Positions 52,501-64,000 of a stretch of DNA of 64,000 nt are shown piece by piece. This stretch comes from Octopus sinensis (taxonomy: Eukaryota). Each line of letters begins with the position of its first letter. Positions within the stretch are counted from its first letter, which is position 1. The notes beneath the pieces were generated by a model. That model saw only the letters and a list, made by a program, of their open reading frames with translations, was not told the DNA's origin and made no database searches. The DNA is taken from the NCBI RefSeq assembly GCF_006345805.1, contig NC_042999.1, forward strand, positions 34,472,001 through 34,536,000, read 5' to 3'. The position numbers and the translations under genes were made by a program.

Positions 52501-55500
52501 CGCGATATATGCGTGAAAGGACCCAAGACGCCTTGACCTACGTGCGCATTTACGGCCGGCCGGACCTCTTTATCACGTACACGTGCAATCCCAGCTGCGA
52601 CGAAATCACTCGCGAAATCCTCCCGGGTCAATCTCACACCCATCGACACGACATCGTTGCTAGGGTTTTCCGTCTGAATTTGGGCAAAATGAAGGATTTG
52701 ATAGTTAAGGGTCAGATTTTCGGGCATGTCAGGTGCCACATGTTTTCGGTCGAGTGGCAAAAGAAGGGCTTGCCACATGCTCACATCTTAATTTTTGCTC
52801 ACTCATAAAATCGAGACTAATGACATTGACAAATTCATTTCCGCCGAGATTCCTGACCCCGATGAGGACCCCGGACTCTACGAAATTGTCCGCACTACCA
52901 TGGTACACGGGCCCTGTGGACCAAATTACGCCAACACACCATGCTACAAAAACGGATTAGCCTGCTCAAAGGGATTCCCTAAACGGTTCACTTTGGAGAC
53001 TCAAACAGGCGGCGATGGGTATCCGCTGTACAAACGAAGGAGTCCAGCCAATGGAGGCCGCAAGATTACGGTTGGGCGACATCAAGTGGACAACAGCTAC
53101 ATTGTCCCCTACTGTCCTCTCCTGTCGAAGATATTCAAAGCCCACGTCAACGTTGAGTTCTGCAGCTCCATCAGGTCAATACAATATGTCTGCAAATATA
53201 TCAACAAAGGCAGCGATGCTGCCATGTTCAGCATCCAGAGGACCACCAGTCGCGACGAAGTGTCCAACTACTTGGCTGGCCGGTACCTCAGCAGCAACGA
53301 AGCGTTTTGGCGCATTTACGGCTTCCCGCTCCATCAGAGACACCGGCTGTGGTGCAGCTTTCTGTACACTTGGAAAATGGACAGCGGATTTACTTCACAG
53401 AGCAAAGTGCTGTGCAGATAGCCACCAGCCCTAAAGACACAACGTTGACTGGTTTCTTCAAATTATGCCAACGTGATGACTTCGCTCGAACGCTTTTGTA
53501 CCCACAGGTCCCATCGTACTTCGTGTGGTCTAAAAACACCTGGGTTCGACGGAAATCCGGCAAAAACGTTGAAAGCTTCCCAGGCGTCAAGTTTGACTCC
53601 TGCCTGGGTCGAGTTTACAACATCCCGCCAAACCAGCAAGAATGCTTCTACCTCCGTCTCCTTCTACATGAGGTCACTGGTCGAACAGGTTTCGCCAATA
53701 TACGTACCGTCAATGGGGTTCTGTGCGACACCTTCAGGGAAGCATGTATGAGACTTGGCCTTCTAGAGGATGACTCCCAGTGGGACGCCACGATGGCAGA
53801 GGGTGCTTTACTGCAAACGCATTCGGCCCTACGACATCTTTTCGCAATCCTTCTTCAAAAATGTCTGCTTAGTCATCCACTAAGTCTCTGGATGAAATAC
53901 AGGGATGACATGTCGCACGACTTCTTACGTACGGCTCAGCAACACTGCCCTTCCGCCGAGATCACGTTCACCAACTTCATTTACAATTTTGCGCTCATTC
54001 AACTCGAAGACGCTGTCATCGATATGGGTGGTCTGCTTTAACAGAGTACGGCCTTCCACCACCCACACGTGAACACGCCAATGTTATGTCTGCTGAATTG
54101 TTACGCGAAACTTCCTACTGCATTGAGGAACTGCACCAGTACGTCCAAGATAATGAACCACGGCTGCTTCCAGACCAGCGCATAGCCTACAACACCATCG
54201 TAGACTCTGTCAGACAGCAACGTGGGGGGATTTTCTTCCTTGATGCACCCGGCGGCACAGGCAAAACCTTCGTCACTAAACTAATTCTGGCAGAGGTCAG
54301 ACGCAACACGGACATTGCCCTGGCTGTAGCTTCCTCTGGTATCGCGGCCACGTTGCTTCCGGGTGGCAGAACCGCCCACTCTGCCTTCAGACTCCCGCTC
54401 GATCTGGCAAAGTCCGAGTCACCTATCTGCAACATCGCCAAGAACTCAGAACAGGCCGACATTCTTCGCAGATGCAAACTCATCGTATGGGACGAGTGCA
54501 CTATGGCACACAAAGGCGCCCTTGAGGCACTGGACAGGTCCCTGCAAGACATCAGAGACTCTACGGCCCCCATGGGAGGATTAACTTTACTTCTTTCAGG
54601 AGACTTCAGGCAGACTCTACCTGTTATTCCAAAAGGAACCCGTGCCGATGCCGTGCGCGCGTGCCTTAAGTCGTCAGCTCTTTGGGCACATGTGCGGCCC
54701 TTGCACCTCCAAACTAACATGCGCGCGCAGTTAATTGGTGACAGCGGATCCGCTGCATTCTCCAGGGACCTCTTATCGCTCGGTGAAAATAGGATGCTGT
54801 CTGATGCGGATGGCTACGTTCAATTGGACTCACTTTGCACCATTGTCGACACCCCTGCTAGCCTCCGGGACGCTGTCTTCCACGACCTACAAAACAATTT
54901 ACGCGACCTAAAATGGCTGGCAGGCAGAGCTATTCTCGCACCCAAAAATACAACCGTCAACTCCATCAATATCCAGCTACTTGAAGCTATTCCTGGTGAT
55001 GTCCACGTCTACAAATCTATAGATAGGACAGCAGACCCCGCCCAGCTTGCCGATTATCCTGTTGAATTCCTGAATTCACTTGAACCGCCAGGCCTGCCAC
55101 CACACATCCTGAAGTTAAAAGTCGGTGCGCCCATTATGCGCATCAGGAATTTGGTTCCACCTAAACAGTGCAACGGCACACGTTTGGTTGTGAAACATTT
55201 GGCACCACATTTAATAACGGCCACAATACTTACCGGTTGTGGGAAGGGAGAGGACGTCTTCATTCCACGGATGCACCTTCAACCGTCGGGCGCTGACCTA
55301 CCAATCCACTTCAGGCGTTCTCAGTTTCCTGTTAAACTCTGCTTCGCAATGTCCATCAATAAATCCCAAGGCCAAACGCTACAAGTCGCTGGGTTACATT
55401 TGGGCGAACAGTGCTTCGCCCACGGTCAACTCTACGTGGGCTGTTCACGCGTTGGGAGGCGCAATGATGTTTTCATGTTTTCGCCCAAACGGACAGCTAG

Positions 55501-55653
55501 GAACATCGTATATACAGAAGTATTCCAGTGAAGACAAGACATTGCAACGTCCACATGCACCTTCGTTCCCTGGAGGGAAAGGACTACATTGGGATTAGTC
55601 GTTGCCTACTAGGGGCTCTTACATACCCGGGCAACGCCGGGCTATGCTGCTAT
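49510..55653 (+). mobile_element. Helitron, apparently full length (~6.1 kb)
   Basis: 5' A|TC junction (a49509|tctctctatatataaacgg); 3' hairpin cccgggcaacgccggg (55626-55641) followed by CTAT|T (variant of CTAG|T); no TSD; Rep-helicase ORF inside. Confidence 0.92.
50661..55531 (+). pseudogene. Helitron RepHel protein split by three apparent 1-nt frameshifts (~52800, ~53340, ~54030)
   Basis: MPPKKRR NLS; 23-aa repeats; Zn finger CQFCKAKKW..CCSGGKV; Rep motifs DLFITYTCNP, EWQKKGLPHAHIL (HUH), YVCKYINKG; PIF1 helicase FLDAPGGTGKT, VWDECTM, GDFRQTLP, FAMSINKSQGQT, HGQLYVGCSRV. The ORF-track start at 50391 is probably upstream of the true ATG. Confidence 0.95.
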
Positions 55654-56425
55654 TGTATTTATATAGTGTAAGACATTCTATAATACAGAGTTTATCAATT
55701 CGGTCACAATCTTGGGATCTGCGTCAGCTTGGCGGAGAAGGGGAAGATCACTAAATACAAGTCATTCCTTTTTGTACCGGCGTCTGATGAGACATCAGAT
55801 GTTCTCTCCCCAAGCTGGACTACCGCTCCCATCCACCAAATTAGAGTTAAGACGTCGTGACTGAGAAGATAAACGATATTTGTAATGTAGTTTTGCTGTT
55901 TTACACGCGCATCATAACTGAGAAAAATGATTCAACAGACAATATAATATTTGTATTTGTCTGTAAAGAAACGTGAAATCTAATTGTAGTTTCAATAATG
56001 AATAGTTAAATATTATGTATTACGTTAAATATAATCGTTCCCTAATCATTTTGGTGTTCATTCTTGAGGTCGACATAGAAATTTAATAAACCAGCCTGAT
56101 CTATGTGATTGTTCGTTATTCAAGAACTAGTAGCCAAATCTCCTTCAAATTCTCAAGTCTGTCCTGAGTAGTCTTGCACATATGCATAAGACCAAAATTA
56201 TGAGTCGCTTGGTCAGTCAATTTACATGGTGCAGCGCATGACGAGTACTTACGTTTTTCAAATGCTGAAGACGACTTTCTATCGATTCTACCAATACACC
56301 TCGCTATCTTTTAAATAGCAACAGATAAGATATTCGTGCATACATAGAAAAAACGAGATGGATGCGGTCTGAAGGCATCTGATAATAGTTCTGCTCAAAC
56401 AAGTTATTATTTCTCTAACTAACAG

Positions 56426-58141
56426 CATATATGGCTGAGAGTTTGCAAGTAAGTTATATGGCATAATCCAACGTCGCTTTTCACTTATGATATGACATCT
56501 AAAACAACCGTTCAGTTGTATTGGCTTGGATATTATGCGTACTATTACAATTAAGTAGCAATATTCAGTTTCGGAAGTGATCGGATATAATCTTCTATAT
56601 GCCTGTTTGCTCTAAAATACCTTCTTAAACTTGTATAAAGTACTTGCATGACCTGATCACATGCGTCCAAAAAGCAAATAATAGGAATTCTACGTAACGG
56701 ATATCACTCAGCTTAGTTTTATTGTGACAAAGAACAGCATTAACTATTTTCGTGGTTCTGCAGATAAAATGAAAATAGTCAATGACTTTCCAATAGTTGA
56801 TTCCGTCAACATAAACAGTATGCACCCAAAATGAACAATTTAATTCTGGATATTATGACTCTATCTACGGAAATGTGCTCTGCTATATAACTTATAATTT
56901 AAAATAAATCTTATAATTTGATTTAATACAACCTAAAGTTCGATTTACACACAATCAATTTTAATTAACGTACTTTTGACATTGATTAGAATTGTATCAT
57001 TCTTCTGGGGCTTTTTAGCACAAAATCAGCACTGATTCAACCTACATACCCATCACACATTTTTGTGAGACTTCTATCTACATCTATATTATCTATAAAG
57101 TTGCTCATTAATGCGTTAATATCATTTAAGGATATATTTAGCCATTATCTCTAACAGGTAAAGAGGTTTTCCTTAGGAACTCTCTGTGATGTGCTGTCTT
57201 ATTTGCAACACTGACTACATAATATACTTATTTTACTCTAGATAGACAAACGTCTTATTTTAGTTCTACCCGAGAAAACGTACTTAGTCCAACTTTATAT
57301 AAAGCAAATTCAATTTCCTTATACAGCGATTTCTACTTCAATGAATACAGAATAGTTTCATAATTCGAATCACTAAATTGTTTTCTAAACTTGCCACCAT
57401 TTAGTAACAGCTATTTAACCGGTTAATTGAATAAGAAAACAACTTAAATCTGGCTTAAATACAAAATTATTATTCTAATTAAAAGTAAATAATTTGAGAG
57501 ATGCATCATACGATTATACACTGATTTGATATAAAGTGACTTTGGAAAATTCTTCATTGATGATGATATATGAAGATTTAAAATAAGGAAAAAAGATATG
57601 TTTTGTTGAGTGCTAAGTGGTCTGGCCTAAAGAAAAGGGCTGTGCCCATTGGTTTCACATGCTTGCTAGGACAGGTGATGCCATAGTGGTAATAGTCCTC
57701 TAGAATATCTAAGTTATCTACAGGAAAAAAAAAAACAGTAATACAGTTTTTGTTTCAGAGTTAATGTCCTGTAAAGAATTAAAAGGCAAATGATTTCCCG
57801 AAGGAAATTTGCCAAGCGGTGGACAATACATGAAGAAGACTAATCCGTGTATATCGTGATTCATCAGCATATTGATTACAATAGCATAGCACTAAAAAAG
57901 GCAGAATGAAAACAAATCTGTGCTCTGAGTCATAGATTTAACTGTGTCGGTGAACCACTTTATGTCAATCAAATGCGTGATTATTTTAATGTAACGTAGA
58001 ATATATGTAAGTATATATGCATTATTTCATCAATACCAATATTCAAAGAAGATCTGGGAAAATATGCCATTGTAAGTTTTCATCTGAGCTTTGTAGGTCA
58101 GTAATTTTTATAGGCTAAATGAATTTCTGGACCTGTGGACG
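56426..58141 (+). other. Candidate plus-strand micro-exons 56426-56448 and 58114-58141
   Basis: ctaactaacAG|23 nt|GTAAGT and ttttatAG|28 nt|GTGAGT; joined, they read HIWLRVCKLNEFLDLWT. No protein recognised. Confidence 0.2.
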
Positions 58142-58740
58142 GTGAGTGGGGGAGTTGGATGCGGCTTACTGGTTGCAACCCAACACACCGCTGCCAACTC
58201 ATGTCAATTGTCAGACTTTATAATTTTACTTTCTTTTACTCTAAATGAAATAAATATAATACATTAAAAAATGCAGGTTAAAGTATTGATAAAGCAATAA
58301 AAGTATCAATATTTTGGAAAACATACAAATTATTCAAAGGAACTAGAGTATCTATGTCAATATTTATATTTGATCAGGTCACTTATTTTTGGAGATGTGA
58401 AGAAATAGACAATTACTTTTCAAGTGTCAATATTCTAATAAAAATATGAATAAAGCATAATTTTGGTAACTTTTAAATAGTATGCTATTTGGCAAGTCTT
58501 AATTTGAAGAAGAGCTTAGAATGTTCATATTGTAAGCTGCTTAAGAATGAACTTCTTCGCTCTAGTAACAACTATTTTGATGAAGATAGAAATGTACATA
58601 CATTTTGGCAGATATGTTTTTACAAGTATAAATATTTTTGCAGTAATTGATTTCTTATTTGCAACTTTTACTAAAAACAAAAATCAATCAATCAATTTGT
58701 TTTCAAATTTTGGCACAGACGCCAGTCACTTCGGGGGAGG

Positions 58741-58908
58741 GAGTAAGTCGACTACATCGATCCCCAGTACTCAACAGGTATTTATGTTATCGACCTCGAA
58801 AGAGAAACAAGCAAAGTCGATCTCGGAATTTGAATCCAGAACGTAAAAATGGACGAAATGCCGTTAAGCATTTCGTCTGGCCTGCTAACGATTTTCTCCA
58901 GATCGCCG
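58741..58908 (-). mobile_element. Decayed SINE (44301-44533 family)
   Basis: 'aaagtcgatctcggaatttgaatccagaacgtaa..gacgaaatgccgttaagcatttcg' matches the family reverse complement. Confidence 0.7.
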
Positions 58909-59154
58909 GTTTATAAAACAATCAATAAAATGACAAGTTATCTTATTCCTCATATCTACGACAAAACTGCAGTAGTGTGTTTGGACCAATTGTGCTCGAC
59001 TCGTGCAAAGGAAGACAATTGTACGAGATACAGTTGGAGCTGAATTAAAAATATAAGGTCGAAAGAAGATTCCATCACTGACGGTAATGTAATGTCCAAT
59101 ATTTGTAACAACCAGCCAGCAGGTAAGGTGTTTGAAGAATTAAGATTGCATTTA

Positions 59155-59345
59155 TCATTCTCTTATTTTATTGATTAGACTATGGCCATGCTGGGGCACC
59201 ACGTTTAAGAATGTTAGTGGCACGGATCGATTTCGGTACTCATATTCTTTAAGACTGATACTTATTCTCTCGGTCTGTTTTGCCGAAGTAGAGGAAACTC
59301 GCAAACACTTTATGTTCAGTGATGGTGGGACAAACAGGGACACAA
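59155..59345 (-). mobile_element. SINE tail
   Basis: Reverse complement of the 6680-6900 tail module. Confidence 0.7.
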
Positions 59346-59419
59346 AGACACACAAACGCACATACACAGGCATACACATATATATGTGCGCGTAAGAACC
59401 CTGTCGTTTATATATATAT

Positions 59420-59538
<119 letters not shown>

Positions 59539-60066
59539 GATGGGACTGCAGCTATAACATCTTTATACATTTTTCTACATTCATTCTCCTATTTCCCTAT
59601 GTACTCCTTAGTTGCTTCCTTTTCCAAAATAGCTTCTCATATTCCCCTCTATTTAACGATCACAGGATAGGCGAATAAAGTATAAATGAGTAACAAAGAG
59701 GTACGGTTTTCAATTATGGCCGCTTCAACCGACTCCTTCAAATGATAAATGAAAACATTACATCATGTGAAAGAAACTGTTTGCGTCAGACAACTACATG
59801 AACTTCGAACATAAAGGACAATTCGACTGATTTCACATAGTCACCTCCACAGGGTTAAAATATTTACAACGATTCTGCTGCTATTCATCTGGCAGAAAGA
59901 TTTGAGCAAATGGTATATAACATGTCAGAACAGATAGACCTTATAGGATAGTAGAGTTTACAGTAGTGGGAAGGAATAATTAAAATCAGTCACCCAGTTA
60001 CTTATAGTTCAAAACAAAAGGAAGATAGTTTCCAACCGTGTAGAACTAAGTTTCGAAATGTAGATT

Positions 60067-60300
60067 AGATGAAACAGGGACAACTGAAGAAGGGGAATAT
60101 TCTTTAAGTTGCATGTCTCGTTTCTCTGTTTTTTATCGTTGTTCAAAAAACGTTCGTTTCTATGTTTTGTTTTATGTTTTCATTTCTCATGTGTTCAACA
60201 TTCTTTTTTATGTCCTGTACATATATGCATATATATATACATATATGCATGTATATATACATATATATGTAGGTATGTATATATATATATGTATGTATGT
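60067..60300 (+). repeat. Dispersed repeat, copy 2 of 31724-31935
   Basis: tagatgaaacagggacaactgaagaaggggaat.. collinear with 31724-31935. Confidence 0.7.
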
Positions 60301-61036
60301 ATGCATATATTTATATATTATTTATATTATTATATTATCGAATGCCACGCATCTTTTTCCAAGTAAGATTTAAGGAAGTTGTACATGCATTCTGATCAGT
60401 GGTGATAAATCAATATCATGTCGGCCTACTAAACTACCATGTGTGGTGGAACAAACACATCCAGCTCTATCTACAGAAGTGGGTACTAATTTATCAACAC
60501 TGACCAGAATGCTTATACAACTCCCCTAAAACTTAATTCTAAACGGTTGGAAACAATCTCCCTCTTTTTGTCTTAAGCTATTGGTAACTGGGTCACTGAT
60601 ATCAATTATTTCTTCCACTGCTATAACATCTACTATCTACTAAGTACTATTTGTTCAGAGATATAAACCATTTGGTAAAATCATTCTGCCAGCTGAATAG
60701 CAGCAGAATCGATGTAAATATTTTAGCCCTATGGAGTTGTGACTATGTTAAATCAATTGAATTTTCGTTTATATTTGAAGTTCATGCAGTCATCTGACGA
60801 AAACGGTTTCTTTGAAATGATGAAATATTTTCACAAATCAATTAAAAGACTCGTTTGAAATGGCCACAATAAATTGATATCTGTACCTCTTTGTTACTTA
60901 TTTTTACATATGGATTATGAATTAAAGTTGGTCTATACGTACAGTTTTTTCCTTTCCTTATACATGTGTATGTGTGTGTGTGTGGTGTGTGTGTGTGTAT
61001 GTATGTATGTATGTTTGTATTTATGTATATGTATAT

Positions 61037-61198
61037 ACGACAGGCTTCTTTCAGATTCCATCTACAATATCCACTCAAAAAGCTTTGATTGGCCCGAGGC
61101 TATAGAAGAAGACACAAGACCAAGCTGCCACGCAATGGCAATGAACCCAGAGCCTTGTGATTGAGAATCATACTTTATACCACACAGCCAAGCCTGTG
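61037..61198 (-). mobile_element. SINE head/core
   Basis: 'ggcttctttcagattccatctac..atccactca..ggcccgaggctatagaagaagacac' is the reverse complement of the family core. Confidence 0.7.
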
Positions 61199-61874
61199 TG
61201 TATATTTGTATATATTTACGCCTTGAATATCTGTGTTAACTAAAGAGGAACATATATTCTATACAGGATATGGAGTTTATTTCTTTAGTGAAGCTAAGTG
61301 TCTGGCCATTTAAAAATGAGAAAATTCCGTAATCTTTCAACCGATTCAATGAGTCATAAAGGATATTGTGGTTCGCATACTGAAGCAAATAGTTTAAATA
61401 TTTACTAATATCCAGGGATTACCACCAATTAATCTTTCAAAAGTGTACTTCGTTTTGCATATCAAACATGCAAAAATGATTACGCTTGTAATTCCCATAG
61501 CAGCACTGTTTCTCCACGAAAACTGCTTTGTTAGCTAGTTTAAACTGATGCGATTTCGCGAGAAAATTTAGAAACAGCGAGTAACAGAATGAGTTTGTCA
61601 GGCATCTGTCAAATGCAATTAAGGCAAAGAAAACATATATTAAGTCACTCAAAACGTAACAAAAATTAGGAATCGAACACGTTAGGACAAACATAAGAGA
61701 AATTAAATTTCTAGTGATTATTCTATTAATATCTAATTATATCAGTAAAGATTCACGATTGAATCGTAATACACATTCTACGGTACAATTGTTTTCGATG
61801 TAATACTATATATGTACACACAAACACACACACACACACACATACACACACATATAGATATAGATATATCTATA

Positions 61875-61913
<39 letters not shown>

Positions 61914-61948
61914 TTATATATATACATGCATATATATGTGCATATATG

Positions 61949-61985
<37 letters not shown>

Positions 61986-63817
61986 GTGTGTATGTGTGTG
62001 TTGATAGATAGATAGATACGTTTAGATATACGCAATATAGATATTACTAACTGGCAGCAGAAGATTTAATTCTTTTGAAGCCGGTGAGCTACCAGCTGAT
62101 TATTTCAACGTTTCATAGGAAAACAATTTTGTCTGATTAAGAAATATTCTACCTTTATAATTTTCGTCCAGACGTAATACCATAATAATTTTAACGCAAT
62201 CAGTGTTTTGACTTATAATAAAGTTTTTCTCGTAAATAAACACTCAGCATGGTACCAGTTAACCGGAAGGTTACTAACTGTTTTCTACCTTGTGGTTTGT
62301 AATGTATCATGATATGACTTTACGATTTATGGTGACTCAACATTTAATATAATCCATCATAAGTCTATGAAGAAAACCAGTCGTTGTTCACTATCCATTT
62401 CTCCACATTTCACTTTGTCGTACGAGCTAGCCATTCTATCCACACCTTTCTTTAGTAATTCTTATCGTTCTGTCTCTTTTCCATCAAACATTTTAAAAAT
62501 ATTCCTATTTCAGGTAACACGTCATCATTCTCTTCTAACGAAGGAAAGTGTCCATCCATTATTTTCAAGACTGTCTATTCATTAACCGTTTATTGTTTAT
62601 TTAGACACAAGGCAGCGATAATAGGAGGACGGAATTAGTCGATTGATTCCACTGCTTTACTGATAACCTTTTTATAGTCCCTTGAAGAATGAATGGGAGA
62701 ATCACCATCATTTGATTTTTAACTTAAAACGTAAAAACTTGTAACTAAATACCGTGAAATATTTTGTCTGACAACTAATAAACCATCCTTCCACATAATT
62801 TAATATTTGCATATACACCTACATCGGGTTTCATAGTCAAACACTCTAGCGAATCATCAATTATAAATCCCTACTTCCGTTTCTAGAAGATCAGAGACAT
62901 CCCATTGTTCTAAGGAGCAATATAAGTAATTTTCTATCATTTTTCATTTTACCTTTGTTATTAAAATCAGCCTTTCGGGAATAGATGTCAGTATGTTTAC
63001 GATGAGGAAACGAGACTGATAGAATATATCCGAGACTTAAGAACGAATAATAATTGGTGATGTCGATTCGTTCAACTGAAATTCTTCAAGACGATGCCCC
63101 AGCCTAGCCGCATAATAATCACTGAAACAAGTACAAGAATAAAAGAATATTCTGTATTAACACACACACACACACATGATGTATGTGTGAGTGCATGCAT
63201 GCGTATGTATGCGTGTGCGTGCACATTCCTTTGTTTGTGCCTGTGTTAGTGTGTATGTATATATAATGGTTTATTGTAGATATTGTAGATATTTGTATCC
63301 CTGCATATTAGATTCTGAATTACTAGAAAGCATTTTCTTCTAATTCCGTGTCTTAGTGGACACCATTTTTGTAGTAACACTGCAAAATTAGTCGATTGAT
63401 CTAACGTATTGCATTTAATTTAATTTGAGAATTAATTTTGTTACACAATATATTATTTAATTATTAGGTGGTATATTTATTATGTAGTATTAAATTTTAA
63501 GATAATTAGGTATTATATTAATTGATATTTAGTCAACTCTATTTTAGATTGATATGTTAAATCTATAGATACTGCACATGAATATAAATTATATAGTTAG
63601 CTTATTTAATGAGTTTGTCTATATTTGAACCATTTCTTATTTTGATTACAATTTAATAACTTGTACTAGCATTGTGTATATTAATTAATTTTAAAGTATT
63701 CAATAATTTAAGTATTGTTTTAGTTTTCACTTAATGAATATTTAATATTTCATATACATATATATATATATTAAAGTGTATTTATTAATTAATTATTTTA
63801 TTATTCTAGTCTATTTT

Positions 63818-63919
63818 TAACCTGATGAGTGACTATATTTATATCGAAGTGATTTTACTACAACTATAATTTTTTACTATAATCATTTCTTAAATATAGC
63901 CACGAAACACGTGTCGTTA
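63818..63919 (+). ncRNA. Type I minimal hammerhead ribozyme, intact core (same family as 154-255)
   Basis: taac-CTGATGA-gtgactatattta-(49 nt)-taaatatagccac-GAAA-cacgt-GTC-gtta: 13-bp stem II with 1 mismatch, palindromic ACACGTGT stem III, 4-bp stem I; predicted cleavage after C63915. Confidence 0.87.
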
Positions 63920-64000
63920 TTCTAATAATTATATACGTTTACATTATTATTTTGCAAGTTACTTAATCATTTGTTTGTGCGTGTGTTAGTGTGTATGTAT

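Noticed and set aside
55725-55817. Two nested hairpins just after the Helitron, containing CTGATGA
   Set aside because: CTGATGA is sequestered in a 7-bp stem and there is no GAAA, so it is not a hammerhead; the pairing is short enough to be chance.
58128-58200. PVDGEWGSW peptide resembling the start of a TSP1 repeat
   Set aside because: An in-frame stop lies immediately upstream with no acceptor in between, and the rest of the TSP1 motif is missing.

Overview
AT-rich, microsatellite-dense eukaryotic genomic DNA with no confidently identifiable host gene. The SINE families, (TA)n/(CA)n/(GATA)n density and TTAGGG-like repeats look like an Octopus genome, which is an inference from pattern recognition rather than a database match. 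The window is mostly transposable elements. Two are near-intact: a Penelope-like retroelement (RT + GIY-YIG, about 19.7-23.5 kb, +) and a Helitron (STPR-like repeats, Rep HUH, PIF1 helicase, about 49.5-55.65 kb, +). Decayed elements include two convergent Gypsy remnants, an older Penelope remnant, RTE-type and L1/Tx1-type LINE remnants, Tc1/mariner fragments, several MITEs and many tRNA-derived SINEs. Most short ORFs in the supplied track are microsatellite artefacts. The main observations are: (1) the Penelope is bracketed by ~350-bp, ~98%-identical inverted copies of host DNA, with a 44-nt exact copy of a dead Gypsy sequence from 6 kb away at the left junction and an 11-nt direct repeat around the whole cassette; (2) its 3' region has six ATTGG-N12-TGACGTC motifs at invariant spacing; (3) two hammerhead ribozymes with intact cores (154-255 on -, 63818-63919 on +) plus several degenerate ones; (4) a 1.2-kb nested palindrome and other fold-back structures next to (TA)n tracts; (5) weak candidate micro-exon chains. 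All alignments and folds were done by eye.
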